Shown: one piece after another, positions 30,183 to 40,200 of the stretch
Layout: each line of letters begins with the position of its first letter
Position numbering within the stretch: position 1 is the first letter of the stretch
Assembly: GCA_040219255.1 (NCBI GenBank)
Contig: JAVJSW010000046.1
Location: forward strand, 1 to 64,000
Origin: Sumerlaeia bacterium
GTDB taxonomy: Bacteria; Sumerlaeota; Sumerlaeia; SLMS01; JAHLLQ01
Direction of reading: 5' to 3'
DNA: 64,000 bases
Notes under the pieces: generated by a model
Told to the model about the DNA's origin: nothing
Seen by the model: only the letters and a program-made list of their open reading frames with translations
Database searches by the model: none
Program-made: the position numbers and the translations under genes

Positions 30183-30541
30183 GATGAGGTGGTTCCTTTC
30201 TTTCGTTTCCATTTTTAATTCACCGCAGAGGCGCGGAGAGCGCGGAGATTTTTATCTTGAGATTCTGGATTATTAACGACAAACTATTTCCCAACAAGCG
30301 TTGCTCCTCATCCAAACCTCCTCAGCGTCCTCGGCGTCTCTGCGGTGATTTTTTTATTCCTTCCCCCGGCATCCATGATGAGGTGGTTCCTTTTCTTTTG
30401 CAAATCACCGCAGAGGCGCGGAGGACGCTGAGGCATTAATATGAAACGTATAATCAATAGTTATTTATGAGGTATTTATTGCTATGAAGAATCGATCATT
30501 GCTTTTCCTCCTCAGCGCTCTCTGCGCCTCAGCGGTGAATT
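30177..30541. repeat. Composite repeat: 23-bp direct repeat x2 plus four ~31-bp inverted arms (TCACCGCAGAGGCGC...)
   Basis: ATCCATGATGAGGTGGTTCCTTT at 30177-30199 and 30371-30393. Arms at 30217-30247, 30318-30351, 30402-30433 and 30508-30541. Confidence 0.9.
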
Positions 30542-30543
30542 CT

Positions 30544-31557
30544 TTACCCCCGCGGGTCGAAGTTTGACTCCTCCGCCAGTTTCTCAAACAACTCCCGCTC
30601 CTTCGCGCCCAGTTCGCTTGGCACCGCCACTTCGACTTTCACCAGCAAATCCCCCGCGTGCTTCTTGCCGTGGGCGGGGAGCCCTTTGCCGCGCAGGCGC
30701 AGCGTTTTGCCGGTGCTGCTGCCCGCCGGGATGGTCAGGCGAATTGTGCCGTCGGTCAGGGTTTTCACCGGAACCTTCGCACCGAGCGCCGCTTCCCAGG
30801 GCGTCACGCGAACCGCCGTGACGATGTCGCGGTGGTGGACCTCGAACTCCGGGTCCTTGGCCACGTGCACCGTCAGGATCATGTCGCCCGCCGGGGCGCC
30901 GCCGCCGCCGGGCAGGCCCTGACCCCCGAGGCGAATCTTCGACCCGCTGTGGACGCCGGCGGGCACGTTGACTTCGTAGGTCCCCATCGGGCCGCCGCCT
31001 TGGCCGCTGGCCGGGGTTAACTGCACGGCGCGTTTGGTGCCGCGCACCGCCTCCTCCAGCGAAATCGTGATCTCGCCGGTGATATCCTCGCCCTTGCGAG
31101 CGCCGCGGGCGCCGTTGGTGTAAACGCGCCGGCCGCCCCCCGCGCCGCGAAAGAACGGGTCATCCTGAGCCGTTCCCGCGCCGCCGCCAAAAGCGCCGCT
31201 GCCAAAGAGCGCGTCGAAAAAGTCGCTGAAACCGCTCGCGCCCGCTCCGCCAAAGCCGCCGGGGCCGCCCTGGCCGAAGTGGAACTCGAACCCCTCGAAG
31301 CCGCGAGCGCCCGGGTCGATCGTCTGGCCGTGCTTCCAGTCCTTGCCGAAGCGGTCGTAGGACTTGCGCTTCTCCGGATCCTTCAGGACCTCGTTCGCTT
31401 CGTTGATTTCCTTGAACTTTTCCTCGGCGCCCGCGTCTTTGTTACGGTCCGGGTGGTATTGCGCGGCCAGCTTGCGGTAGGCCTTGCGGATTTCCTCCTG
31501 CGAGGCATCGCGCCCCACGCCCAAAATCTGGTAATAATCTTTGTACTTCATCGTCAT
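30544..31557 (-). CDS. DnaJ-class co-chaperone without zinc finger (CbpA-like)
   Basis: J domain with HPD, G/F-rich linker and C-terminal domain. No CxxCxGxG repeats. Confidence 0.93.
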   Translation of the reverse strand: MTMKYKDYYQILGVGRDASQEEIRKAYRKLAAQYHPDRNKDAGAEEKFKEINEANEVLKDPEKRKSYDRFGKDWKHGQTIDPGARGFEGFEFHFGQGGPGGFGGAGASGFSDFFDALFGSGAFGGGAGTAQDDPFFRGAGGGRRVYTNGARGARKGEDITGEITISLEEAVRGTKRAVQLTPASGQGGGPMGTYEVNVPAGVHSGSKIRLGGQGLPGGGGAPAGDMILTVHVAKDPEFEVHHRDIVTAVRVTPWEAALGAKVPVKTLTDGTIRLTIPAGSSTGKTLRLRGKGLPAHGKKHAGDLLVKVEVAVPSELGAKERELFEKLAEESNFDPRG

Positions 31558-31587
31558 TTTTCCTCCTCGGTGGACGGCGGCGGGAAT

Positions 31588-32238
31588 TTATTGAGCCACG
31601 AGAACCCTCGCGGGCCGCAGCAGCGTGCCGTCCTGGAACACAAAGCCCATCTGATAATCCTCAAGGATCGCCCCCGGTGCAACACCGTCTGGCGCCGAGG
31701 CCGTGCCGATGGCCTCGTGGAGCCGAGGATCGAACGCCTGCCCGACCGCTACGATGGGCTCGGCGCCGAATTCACGCAGCTTGCCCAGCATTTGGTCCCG
31801 CGTGGCGCGAAAGCCGTCGAGCCACCGGTTGTCCTCCGCTCCCTCCGCCGCCAGGGCACGGTCGAAGTTATCCACCACCTCCAGAAACCCTGCGAGCACG
31901 CGCTGGCGCTCCTGAGTCCGGGCGGCTTCCAGGTCGCGCTTGGCGCGGGCGCGGACGTTCTGCAGATCCGCCGCCAAGCGTAGCAGGTTCTCGCGGTCGG
32001 TGTTGACCGGTTCCCGCGGCGCGGGGGGCGGATCCACCGGTTCCTCGCGCGGCGGCGGGGGAGGGGCCGCTTTCGCGTTCGGTTTGCGGGCCGGGGGGCG
32101 CGGCCCCGCCAGTTCAAAAGGCTCACGCCTGCGGGGCTCCAGGTGTTCCCGCACGGCATCGGCCGCCACGGCATGCGCCGGCTGGCGGCGCGGCTCCAGC
32201 CGGTCCATCTCTCGGTAGTCATAAGGCATCCAGGTCAT
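31588..32238 (-). CDS. grpE: Nucleotide exchange factor GrpE with Pro-rich N-terminus
   Basis: LRLAADLQN, VDNFDRAL, FDPRLHEA and LLRPARV. Start uncertain. Confidence 0.9.
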   Translation of the reverse strand: MTWMPYDYREMDRLEPRRQPAHAVAADAVREHLEPRRREPFELAGPRPPARKPNAKAAPPPPPREEPVDPPPAPREPVNTDRENLLRLAADLQNVRARAKRDLEAARTQERQRVLAGFLEVVDNFDRALAAEGAEDNRWLDGFRATRDQMLGKLREFGAEPIVAVGQAFDPRLHEAIGTASAPDGVAPGAILEDYQMGFVFQDGTLLRPARVLVAQ

Positions 32239-32314
32239 CTCGTCGTCTCTTTCCGATGCGCGCCGGTCTTTGCGAGTCCAAGCGTCGCGGGGTTTGGTTT
32301 TGCCCACTCAAGAG

Positions 32315-32560
32315 GACAGAATCGTGCCAAGGGAGCCGGACTGGAAAATGGCGACTTACGGTGGATTTTCGCCCCGTCGCGGGGCGCTGCACCGTCGCAT
32401 CGGATCGCGTGCGACGGTTCCGGCCGCCGTGCGACGCCCCTGCGACGTCGCAGCTTCGTCGCGCACCGGTGCGTCATCGCCTCGCATTCACCACTCGTCT
32501 GGTCTTAACCTAGATAAATCAGTGCGTTACGATTTCTGTCCGGCTTGGCCCAACCCTTGA
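32315..32560. promoter_or_regulatory. Divergent heat-shock promoter region with clustered TGCGAC/GTCGCA palindromes
   Basis: ACCGTCGCA-N10-TGCGACGGT (32391-32418) and CTGCGACGTCGCAG (32440-32453). TTGGC -24-like boxes face each operon. Confidence 0.45.
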
Positions 32561-32632
32561 AAATACCCTTGCCGAACGCCGCGAGATCACCTCCGGCGAC
32601 GCTCCCAATGTCTGACTCTGGAGGTCACACCT

Positions 32633-33097
32633 ATGGCTACTACATTCGATCCCTTCCGCGAACTTGAAGTCCTGCGCCGCGAAATGGAGCGCGTCTTCAA
32701 CGGCGCCGCGTCCACCCCGGCCGCCAACCGCCTTCGCAACGCGTTTCTGCCGGGCCGTTCCGCCCGCACCTATCCGCTGGTGAACATGGCGGAGAACGAA
32801 GACGGCTACATCGTCGAAGCCCTCGCCCCCGGCATCGACCCCGAGAAGCTTGAGGTCTCGGTGCTGGGCAACACCCTGACCATTTCCGGCGAGAAGGGCG
32901 GCGTCCTCTCGGACGTTCCCGCCGAGAAGGTCCATCGCGCCGAGCGTGCCGCCGCGCGCTTCACCCGCACGATCAAACTGCCCGTCGCCATTGCCGACGA
33001 AGGCACCAGCGCCAAGTACGAGAACGGCGTCCTTCGCCTCGAACTGCCCAAGGCCGAAGCGTCCAAGCCCCGCAAGGTGCTGGTCCACGCCGCCTAA
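32633..33097 (+). CDS. Small heat-shock protein Hsp20
   Basis: YPLVN, LTISGEK, FTRTIKLP and AKYENGVL. GGAGG RBS. Confidence 0.93.
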   Translation: MATTFDPFRELEVLRREMERVFNGAASTPAANRLRNAFLPGRSARTYPLVNMAENEDGYIVEALAPGIDPEKLEVSVLGNTLTISGEKGGVLSDVPAEKVHRAERAAARFTRTIKLPVAIADEGTSAKYENGVLRLELPKAEASKPRKVLVHAA

Positions 33098-33149
33098 GAG
33101 CGCATCGCGCCCAACCCTGACACAGACACGATTTCCGGAGGAAACACCC

Positions 33150-33566
33150 ATGGCTGAGAACACTGTCGCCACCATCGAAGAAACCAACGGCACCGCCGCC
33201 GCGGCAGAAAGCCGCGAAGTCCAAACCACCCACGAACCGGATCGCTTCGCCACGCCGCCGGTCGATATCTACGAAGACGAGCACGGCCTGATGGTCGTGG
33301 CCGATTTGCCGGGCGCCTCGCAAGACACCATCGAAGTCGGCGTCGAGAACGATCTCCTGACCATCAAGGCCTCGCCGGTACGCGGAGCCGAAGCCGAATG
33401 GCAGGTCCGCGAATTCGCCCCCACCGGCTGGTTCCGTCAGTTCACCTTGAGCAACAAGATCGACCAGACGCGCATCGAGGCGAACTACAAGAATGGCGTG
33501 CTGACCGTGCGCCTGCCCCTGGCGGAAGAAGTCAAACCCCGCCAGATCGCCGTCAAGATCGGCTAA
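33150..33566 (+). CDS. Small heat-shock protein Hsp20 (second copy)
   Basis: PPVDIYE, ADLPG, FRQFTL and ANYKNGVL. GGAGG RBS before ATG 33150. Confidence 0.93.
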   Translation: MAENTVATIEETNGTAAAAESREVQTTHEPDRFATPPVDIYEDEHGLMVVADLPGASQDTIEVGVENDLLTIKASPVRGAEAEWQVREFAPTGWFRQFTLSNKIDQTRIEANYKNGVLTVRLPLAEEVKPRQIAVKIG

Positions 33567-33635
33567 GCCAAGTCTTCTCAAATACTGGGTCGGCTCCGGA
33601 GAACCGTAAACCGGAGGTGGGCCGGGGGAAATATG

Positions 33636-33682
33636 CGGGGAAGGAGCCAAGCGTGAGGGCTCCTTCCCCGTGTTCCTTTTTT
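33636..33682 (+). terminator. Intrinsic terminator after the hsp20 pair
   Basis: 13-bp stem CGGGGAAGGAGCC/GGCTCCTTCCCCG followed by a T-rich tract. Confidence 0.75.
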
Positions 33683-33847
33683 AGTGGGAATCAGCTGCCG
33701 CTGAAAGGCGCGGGGGACGGTCGGCGAAAATCCTCTCCACCCCATCGCTCGCCCACCTACACGGTTGCGCCGCGTTTCGCGCCGGTGCTAGGTCCCCATG
33801 TTGCCTACGCGACCGATAAAAATCTCCCTATGAAGGAACCGTGACCC

Positions 33848-35644
33848 ATGGCCCAAGAGCTCACCTTTTCACAACCCGGCGTCGCCGAACGCATCGCCGA
33901 ATGGACGTCCGAGGAATACCCCGCCGGGACCCGCCAGGAAATCCAGGCGCTGGTGGACGCGGGCGATGTGAAAGAATTGGAAGAGCGCTTCTACCGGGCT
34001 CTGGAGTTCGGCACGGGAGGTCTGCGCGGCCTCCTCGGCGCGGGCACCAACCGCATGAATTCGACCGTCGTGGCCCGCGCGACGCAGGGGCTGGCCAATT
34101 ACGTCAAGGCCCACGCCGATAAGCCCGGTCCCTTCAAAGCCGCCATCGCCCACGACTCGCGCAATTTCAGCCGCGAGTTCGCCGAAACCGCCGCGTCGGT
34201 TCTCGCCGCCAATGGCTTCACGGTTTACATCAGCCCCGAACTGCGCCCCACGCCGTACTTGTCCTTCGCCATCCGGCACCTCGATTGCCACACCGGCATC
34301 GTCGTCACGGCGAGCCATAACCCCAAGGAATACAACGGTTACAAAGTTTACTGGGACGATGGCAGCCAAGTTGTTCCGCCCCATGACAAGGGCATCATCG
34401 CCGAAGTGGACACGGTGGACAACAACGACAAAGTCCACACCATCGCCTTTGACGAGGGGGTCAAGAACGGCTCGATCATCGTCATGGGCGAGGACATCGA
34501 CCAAGCGTACCTGGACGCCATCAAGAAGGTGTCGATCCTGCCGGACGCGATCGCGAACAACCCGGTCGAGGTCGTGTACACGCCCCTCCACGGCGTTGGT
34601 GGAACATTGACGCCCAAGGCTTTGGAGATGTGGGGCTTCAAGAATGTGCACTGCGAACCGGAGCAGATGAAGCCCGACGGCAATTTCCCGACGTCGGCCT
34701 CGCCGAACCCGGAGGAAGGCGCCGCCCTGGAACGCGCCATCGGCCTCGCCAAGCAGGTGGGCGGCGAACTCGTCCTGGCCACCGACCCGGACGCCGACCG
34801 CCTGGGCATCGCGGTAAAGCACAACGGGGAATTCCGCCTCGTGACAGGCAATCAATTGGCTTGCCTGGTGTGCGACTACGTCCTCGGGCGGCGCAAGGAA
34901 GCGGGCAAGCTACCCGCCAAGCCGGGCGTCGCGACCACGATCGTGACGACGCCATTGATGAACGCCATCGCCGAGAAGTACGACGCCGCCTGCCCCCGCG
35001 TCCTGACCGGTTTCAAGTGGATCGCGAACCAGATCCGGGCCTGGGAAGCGGGCCGCGACGGTGGCTGCACCTTCCTGTACGGGACCGAGGAATCCTACGG
35101 TTACATGATCGGCGATCACTGCCGAGACAAGGATGGCATCGTCGCCTGCTGCGTCACGGCGGAGGCCGCCGCCTGGGCCAAGGGCCAGGGCATGACCCTG
35201 ATCGACTACCTCGACGACCTTTACCTCCAGCACGGCCCGCGCATGGAATGGCAGAAGTCGGTCACCATGCCCGGCATGGAAGGCGGAGCCAAGATCAAGA
35301 AGATCATGGAGGACCTCAAAGCCGCTCCGCCCAAGGAAATCGGCGGCGTCAAAGTCACCCGCGTCACCCGCGTCGACACCGGCGAAGTCCTCGACGGCCA
35401 GACCGGCGCGAAGTCCGGCACCATCGACCTGCCGAAGAGCAACGTCGTGCTGCTCGACCTGGCCGACGGCAGCATGGCCGTCGCCCGCCCCAGCGGCACC
35501 GAGCCGAAAGTGAAGTTCTATTTCTTCCTGGTGGGCGAAAAGCAAAGCGACATCGCCGGCGTTCGGCAAGCGCTGGCGGGCCTGGAAAAGAAGAAAGGGG
35601 AATTCCAGGCGGCGTTCCTCAAGGCCATCGGCGCCGAGGTGTGA
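33848..35644 (+). CDS. pgm: Phosphoglucomutase/phosphomannomutase
   Basis: FGTGGLRG, TASHNP, DPDADR, GTEESYG and RPSGTEPK. Confidence 0.93.
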   Translation: MAQELTFSQPGVAERIAEWTSEEYPAGTRQEIQALVDAGDVKELEERFYRALEFGTGGLRGLLGAGTNRMNSTVVARATQGLANYVKAHADKPGPFKAAIAHDSRNFSREFAETAASVLAANGFTVYISPELRPTPYLSFAIRHLDCHTGIVVTASHNPKEYNGYKVYWDDGSQVVPPHDKGIIAEVDTVDNNDKVHTIAFDEGVKNGSIIVMGEDIDQAYLDAIKKVSILPDAIANNPVEVVYTPLHGVGGTLTPKALEMWGFKNVHCEPEQMKPDGNFPTSASPNPEEGAALERAIGLAKQVGGELVLATDPDADRLGIAVKHNGEFRLVTGNQLACLVCDYVLGRRKEAGKLPAKPGVATTIVTTPLMNAIAEKYDAACPRVLTGFKWIANQIRAWEAGRDGGCTFLYGTEESYGYMIGDHCRDKDGIVACCVTAEAAAWAKGQGMTLIDYLDDLYLQHGPRMEWQKSVTMPGMEGGAKIKKIMEDLKAAPPKEIGGVKVTRVTRVDTGEVLDGQTGAKSGTIDLPKSNVVLLDLADGSMAVARPSGTEPKVKFYFFLVGEKQSDIAGVRQALAGLEKKKGEFQAAFLKAIGAEV

Positions 35645-35719
35645 CCCCTGCAAGGGCTCAGCGGGCAGGGGCGGGTGCGGAGTCTTCAGCTGACCCGGGA
35701 ACCGTCAGTGCGATTCCGG

Positions 35720-36622
35720 TCACTCGTGCTCGCCGGGAAGGCGCGAGGCGATGAGGAAGGTTTCCAGCAGTTCGACCGTTTGGTTGTGGTCGCGCTCGCG
35801 GGTTACGATGAAAACGGCGTTTTGGCCGGCGAGCCAATCGCTGGTGATATCGGTGTCCTCGCGCACGGCGAAGGGAAAATCCGCTTTGGACAGCCGAGCC
35901 ATCATTTGAGCATTCTCGGGCGCGAGATGATCGGTGAATAGGCTGAACAATTGATGGTCTGGATGGGCCTGAATCCAATTCGTGAAATCATCGAAATGAG
36001 AATAGGATGCATCGAGCAGGAAGACGGCGGAAACGCGGTCGTCCAGGCCGCCGTGGCGCAGGCTCCGGGCAATGCCCCGAAAGGCGCCGCTGTGGCCTGA
36101 GAGGATGACCTGGCCAAGCTTTGAGTCATCCGGCGCCTTGCTGTCCGCTTTCAATTTCGCCAGCACTTCTTCGGCCAGCCGGGCGATTCCGCCTTCCTCT
36201 TCCAGTTTCCCCAGGCCCGAATCGGAAGCGTCCTTGGGACCTTCCGGAAAGACGAAGACGACGTTCTTGCCCGAGTTGGAAACCTGTTCCAGAAGGCGGA
36301 ATTCGTTGGCCGCCTTCTCGATGCTGTTTCCCCAGCCGTGAAAGTAAAACAGCAGATGGGTCTCGGGTCCGGGTCGATAGTTCGCCGAGAGATAAAGCAG
36401 CACGGAATTGTCGCTGTAATGCTTGTCCGCCGGAAAGAACGTTTCGCCGTAGCTATGGCCCTCGGCGCGCGATTCGTGAGGAAAGGGAGCGTTTTCCATC
36501 GGCACGAGGGTCATTTCGCCGGGGGCGGAATCGGGGGTGGGGTGCCATTCGGCACGTGCCACGGAGCCGAGGCAACAGAGCGCCGTCAGGAGGAAAATCT
36601 TGCGTAGGGCATCGGTAATCAT
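35720..36622 (-). CDS. Secreted alpha/beta-hydrolase-fold protein
   Basis: Signal peptide, YFHGW, nucleophile elbow GHSGA, LLDASY and a C-terminal His. Confidence 0.65.
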   Translation of the reverse strand: MITDALRKIFLLTALCCLGSVARAEWHPTPDSAPGEMTLVPMENAPFPHESRAEGHSYGETFFPADKHYSDNSVLLYLSANYRPGPETHLLFYFHGWGNSIEKAANEFRLLEQVSNSGKNVVFVFPEGPKDASDSGLGKLEEEGGIARLAEEVLAKLKADSKAPDDSKLGQVILSGHSGAFRGIARSLRHGGLDDRVSAVFLLDASYSHFDDFTNWIQAHPDHQLFSLFTDHLAPENAQMMARLSKADFPFAVREDTDITSDWLAGQNAVFIVTRERDHNQTVELLETFLIASRLPGEHE

Positions 36623-36683
36623 GGCGGCGCCTTTCCGGGAGCGGATTATGACACGACGTCTCGCCTGAGCGAACCGAGCGGCG

Positions 36684-37181
36684 CTACGAGAGTTTTTCGA
36701 CGATCCACTCCACCGCCTTGTCCGGGCTCAGCGCGACCGGCACGAGGATCGCCCCCTCGGGCGGTTCCAGGTCGGCGAACTGTCCCGCCAGGATCGCCTC
36801 GAACCCGGTGACGAGGGGATGGCCCTCCGCCGCGCGCCGCCGCAGCCGCTCGGTGATGGCGTCGGAAGTTCCCTCCAGATAAACGAATCGTGCACCGGGT
36901 GCGTGGCGGGTGAGGGCATCGCGGTAGGCCTTCTTCAGCGCCGAGCAAGCCAGCACGGCGCCGCCGCCCACCTCCCACTGGCGAATGGCTTGGGAGAGGT
37001 CCGCGAGCCAGGGCCATCGATCCGCGTCGTTCAGCGGCAACCCGCATTGCAGCTTGGCCCGGTTGGCTGGCGGATGCCAGTCGTCGGCGTCTTGGAACGG
37101 CAGGTGGAGTGCCTTGGCGAGCGCCCGCCCGACGGTGGTTTTGCCCGCTCCGGTGACGCCCATCACGACGACGATCATCAA
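36684..37181 (-). CDS. gntK: Gluconokinase (GntK/IdnK family)
   Basis: MGVTGAGKTT, DADDWHP, LNDADRWPWL, CSALKKAYR and QFADLE. Confidence 0.92.
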   Translation of the reverse strand: MMIVVVMGVTGAGKTTVGRALAKALHLPFQDADDWHPPANRAKLQCGLPLNDADRWPWLADLSQAIRQWEVGGGAVLACSALKKAYRDALTRHAPGARFVYLEGTSDAITERLRRRAAEGHPLVTGFEAILAGQFADLEPPEGAILVPVALSPDKAVEWIVEKLS

Positions 37182-37278
37182 CTCTCCCGCCTTTCCCGTG
37201 ACGAAGGATTCAAATTGAAGCGGATTCTGAACCAGACTGGCGTTGCGGATAAGGGGAATTTTCTCGGATCGGCTCGCA

Positions 37279-40200
37279 TTATTCCGGATTCTGTTCCTCC
37301 GATTTCTCCGCTTCCTCCCTCTGCCGCGCCAGTTCCCGCTCCTGTTCGGCGCGCGGCTTCGTGAACCGCCCCAGTACCAGGTACAGCGGTGGCACCAGGA
37401 AAAGCGTCATCAACGTGGCCACCACGATCCCCGATATGATGACAAGGCCAATGGCTTGGCGGCCTTCCGCCCCGGCGCCGGAGGCGAGCACGAGCGGCAG
37501 GGCGCCGAGCAGCGTGGAAGCCGACGTCATCAGCACCGGCCTCAGGCGGACCTTGGCGGCCTCGCGGGTGGCGTCGCGCAGGCTGCTCTCGCGGTTGCGG
37601 AGCTGGTTGGCGAACTCGACCACCAGGATGGAGTTCTTCGCCATCAAGCCAATGAGCATGACCAGCGCGATTTGAGAGTACACATTGAGCGTCCCGCCGA
37701 AAATCAGCAGCGCCCCTAGTGCTCCCACCAGCGCCAGAGGCACCGCGGACAGAATCGTCAGCGGATCCAGGAAGCTTTCGAACTGCGCCGCCAGAACCAG
37801 GTAGGCGAGCACCAGGGCGAAGGCGAAGACGTAATAGATGCGCTGGGCTGACTCGCGGTATTCGCGCGCCTGGCCCAGGTAGGTGAAGCGCGCCTGCTCC
37901 GGCAGCAGTTCCTCCGCCCGCGACTCCAGCCGATTCAGCGCGTTGCCGAGCGACGTGCCCTCGGCCAGCGACGCCGTGATCGTGGCGGCGGAGAGCTTGT
38001 TGACGCCTCGGTAGGCCTGGGGCGCGCCGATCAGCCTGGTCTCCACGAGACTCGCCAGCGGAATCAGGCGCCCCGTCTCCGGCACGCGGACAAAGACATT
38101 CCGCAGGTCCTCCGGCGCGTTTTTGTCGCTGGGGCGGGCTTCGACGATGACGTCGTAGAGTTCGTTGCGATCCACGTAATCGGTCACTTCCCGCGTGCCG
38201 AAGAGCGTGCCAAGCGTTTCGCCGATGGTGCGGGCGTCGATGCCGAGATCGGCGGCCAGTTCGCGGTTCACCGTCACTTCCAATTGGGGCTTGGTCGATT
38301 CCAGGTTCATGCGCGGATTCTGGATCGCGGGGATCTGGCGGGCCGCGTTCAGCACTTGCTCGCCCCAATCCTTCACCGTGTCGTAGTTCGGGCCCTGGAC
38401 CACGAACTGGACCGGCTGATTGGTTCCGCGCAGATTGAACCCGGGCGGGTTCACGGGAATGACCTGCGCCCCAGGCAGACCCATCAGTTGGGGCCGAAGA
38501 CGTTCGACCAGCTCCATCTGAGACATGTCGCGCTCGCCCCATGGAACCAGCTTCACGATCAGGAAGGCTTCGTTGACCGGGGTGGACTGGGCGCCGCCGG
38601 GGGCCAGGATCGAAATGACGCGGTCGATGATCCGGGGGGGCTGGTCCTTGCCGTTTCCAGGGTCTTCTTGCGCCGCGGCTTCTCCGGACTCGAAGTCCCC
38701 TCCCCGTCCACGGGCGAAGTCGTTCGTGCCATATGGGGCCAGGATCGCCAGCACCTGCTCCACCACCTCGCGGGTCGAGGCGAGGGTGTTGCCCTGCGGA
38801 CCCTCGATCACTACGTAGAACGTGCCCCGGTCCTCCGTGGGGGCCAGTTCCTGGGGCACGGCGCGATAGAGGAAATACACCGCTGCGAAGCCCCCGAGAA
38901 TCACCAGGGGGGCGAGCCAGGCCGCCTTCAGAATGAGGCCCAGCAGGGCGCTGTAGAAGCGTTCGAGGACCTGGAAGCCTTTGTCCACCCAGCGTCCGAC
39001 GAAGTTCTTCAACTTGTCGGCCCGCAGAATCTTCGAGCACAACGTCGGCGTCAGCGTCAGCGCGACGAAGCTGGAGAAAATCACGGCGAAGGCCAGCGTC
39101 AGTCCGAACTCGGTGAACAGGCGGCCAATGCGGCCCGACTGGAAGCTGATGGGCACGAACACCGCCACCAGGACGGCCGTCGTGGCGATCACGGCGAAAC
39201 CGACCTCGCGGACGCCGTTGACGGTGGCCAGCAGGCGTGGCTCGCCCATTTCCAGACGCCGGTAGATGTTCTCGATCACCACGATGGCGTCGTCCACCAC
39301 CAGCCCGATAGCCAGAATCACCGCCAGCAACGTCAGCACGTTGATCGAAAACCCGAGCACGAACAGGACGGAGAACGTCGCCAGGATGGACACCGGGATC
39401 GTGATGGCTGGGATGATTGTGGCGCGGAAGGAGCCCAGCACGAAGAAGATCACGGCAATCACCAGTCCGAGGGCGATGGCCATGGTCAGAAGGACTTGGC
39501 GGATGGATTCCTCAATGTAGAGCGATTGGTCGTAGGAGACGCTGAAGGCGATATCCGGCGGCACCGTCGCACGCAACTGGTCCAACTGATCGCGGACGTT
39601 CTGGGCCACCGTCAGGGTATTCGCGTCGGTCTGGCGGATGATGCCGAGGCCGATGGCTTCTTTGCGATTTTCCAGCACCAGCGATCGAACATTGGCGGGG
39701 CCGATTCGGACTTCGGCGACGTCTTCCAGGAGGACGCGGCCTTGCTCGTCGCCAGCGTCGCGGACCACCATGGAACGGAATTCCTCTGGCCTGGCGAAGC
39801 GCGTCGTGGCGCGGACGACGGTTTCGCGGGTGCCGCCTTCGATGCGGCCGGCGGGCAGTTCCACGTTCTCGCGCCGCAGCGCGTCCGTTACGTCCGAGAC
39901 CGTCACATCGCGGGCCGCCATCGCCTCGCGGTCCAGGAAAACGCGCATCGCGTAACGCCGTTCGCCGCCCACCAGAACCCGCGCCACGCCGTTGACGATG
40001 GACAGCGGATCGACCAGGTTGCGCTCGGCGAAGTCCGTCAGTTCCAGGGGCGAGCGTTTGTCGCTCGTCAGCGTAATCCACATCATGGCGCTGCCGCCGC
40101 CAGTGTCGGCTTTTTCCACGATGGGGCGCTCGGCGCGGTCGGGCAGTTCGTTGATGACCTGGTTGACCGATTCGCGGACATCCACGGCGGCGAGGTCGAT

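Noticed and set aside
30177-30541. CRISPR array
   Set aside because: The repeats alternate in orientation, there are only two units, the spacers are ~70 bp and no cas genes are present.
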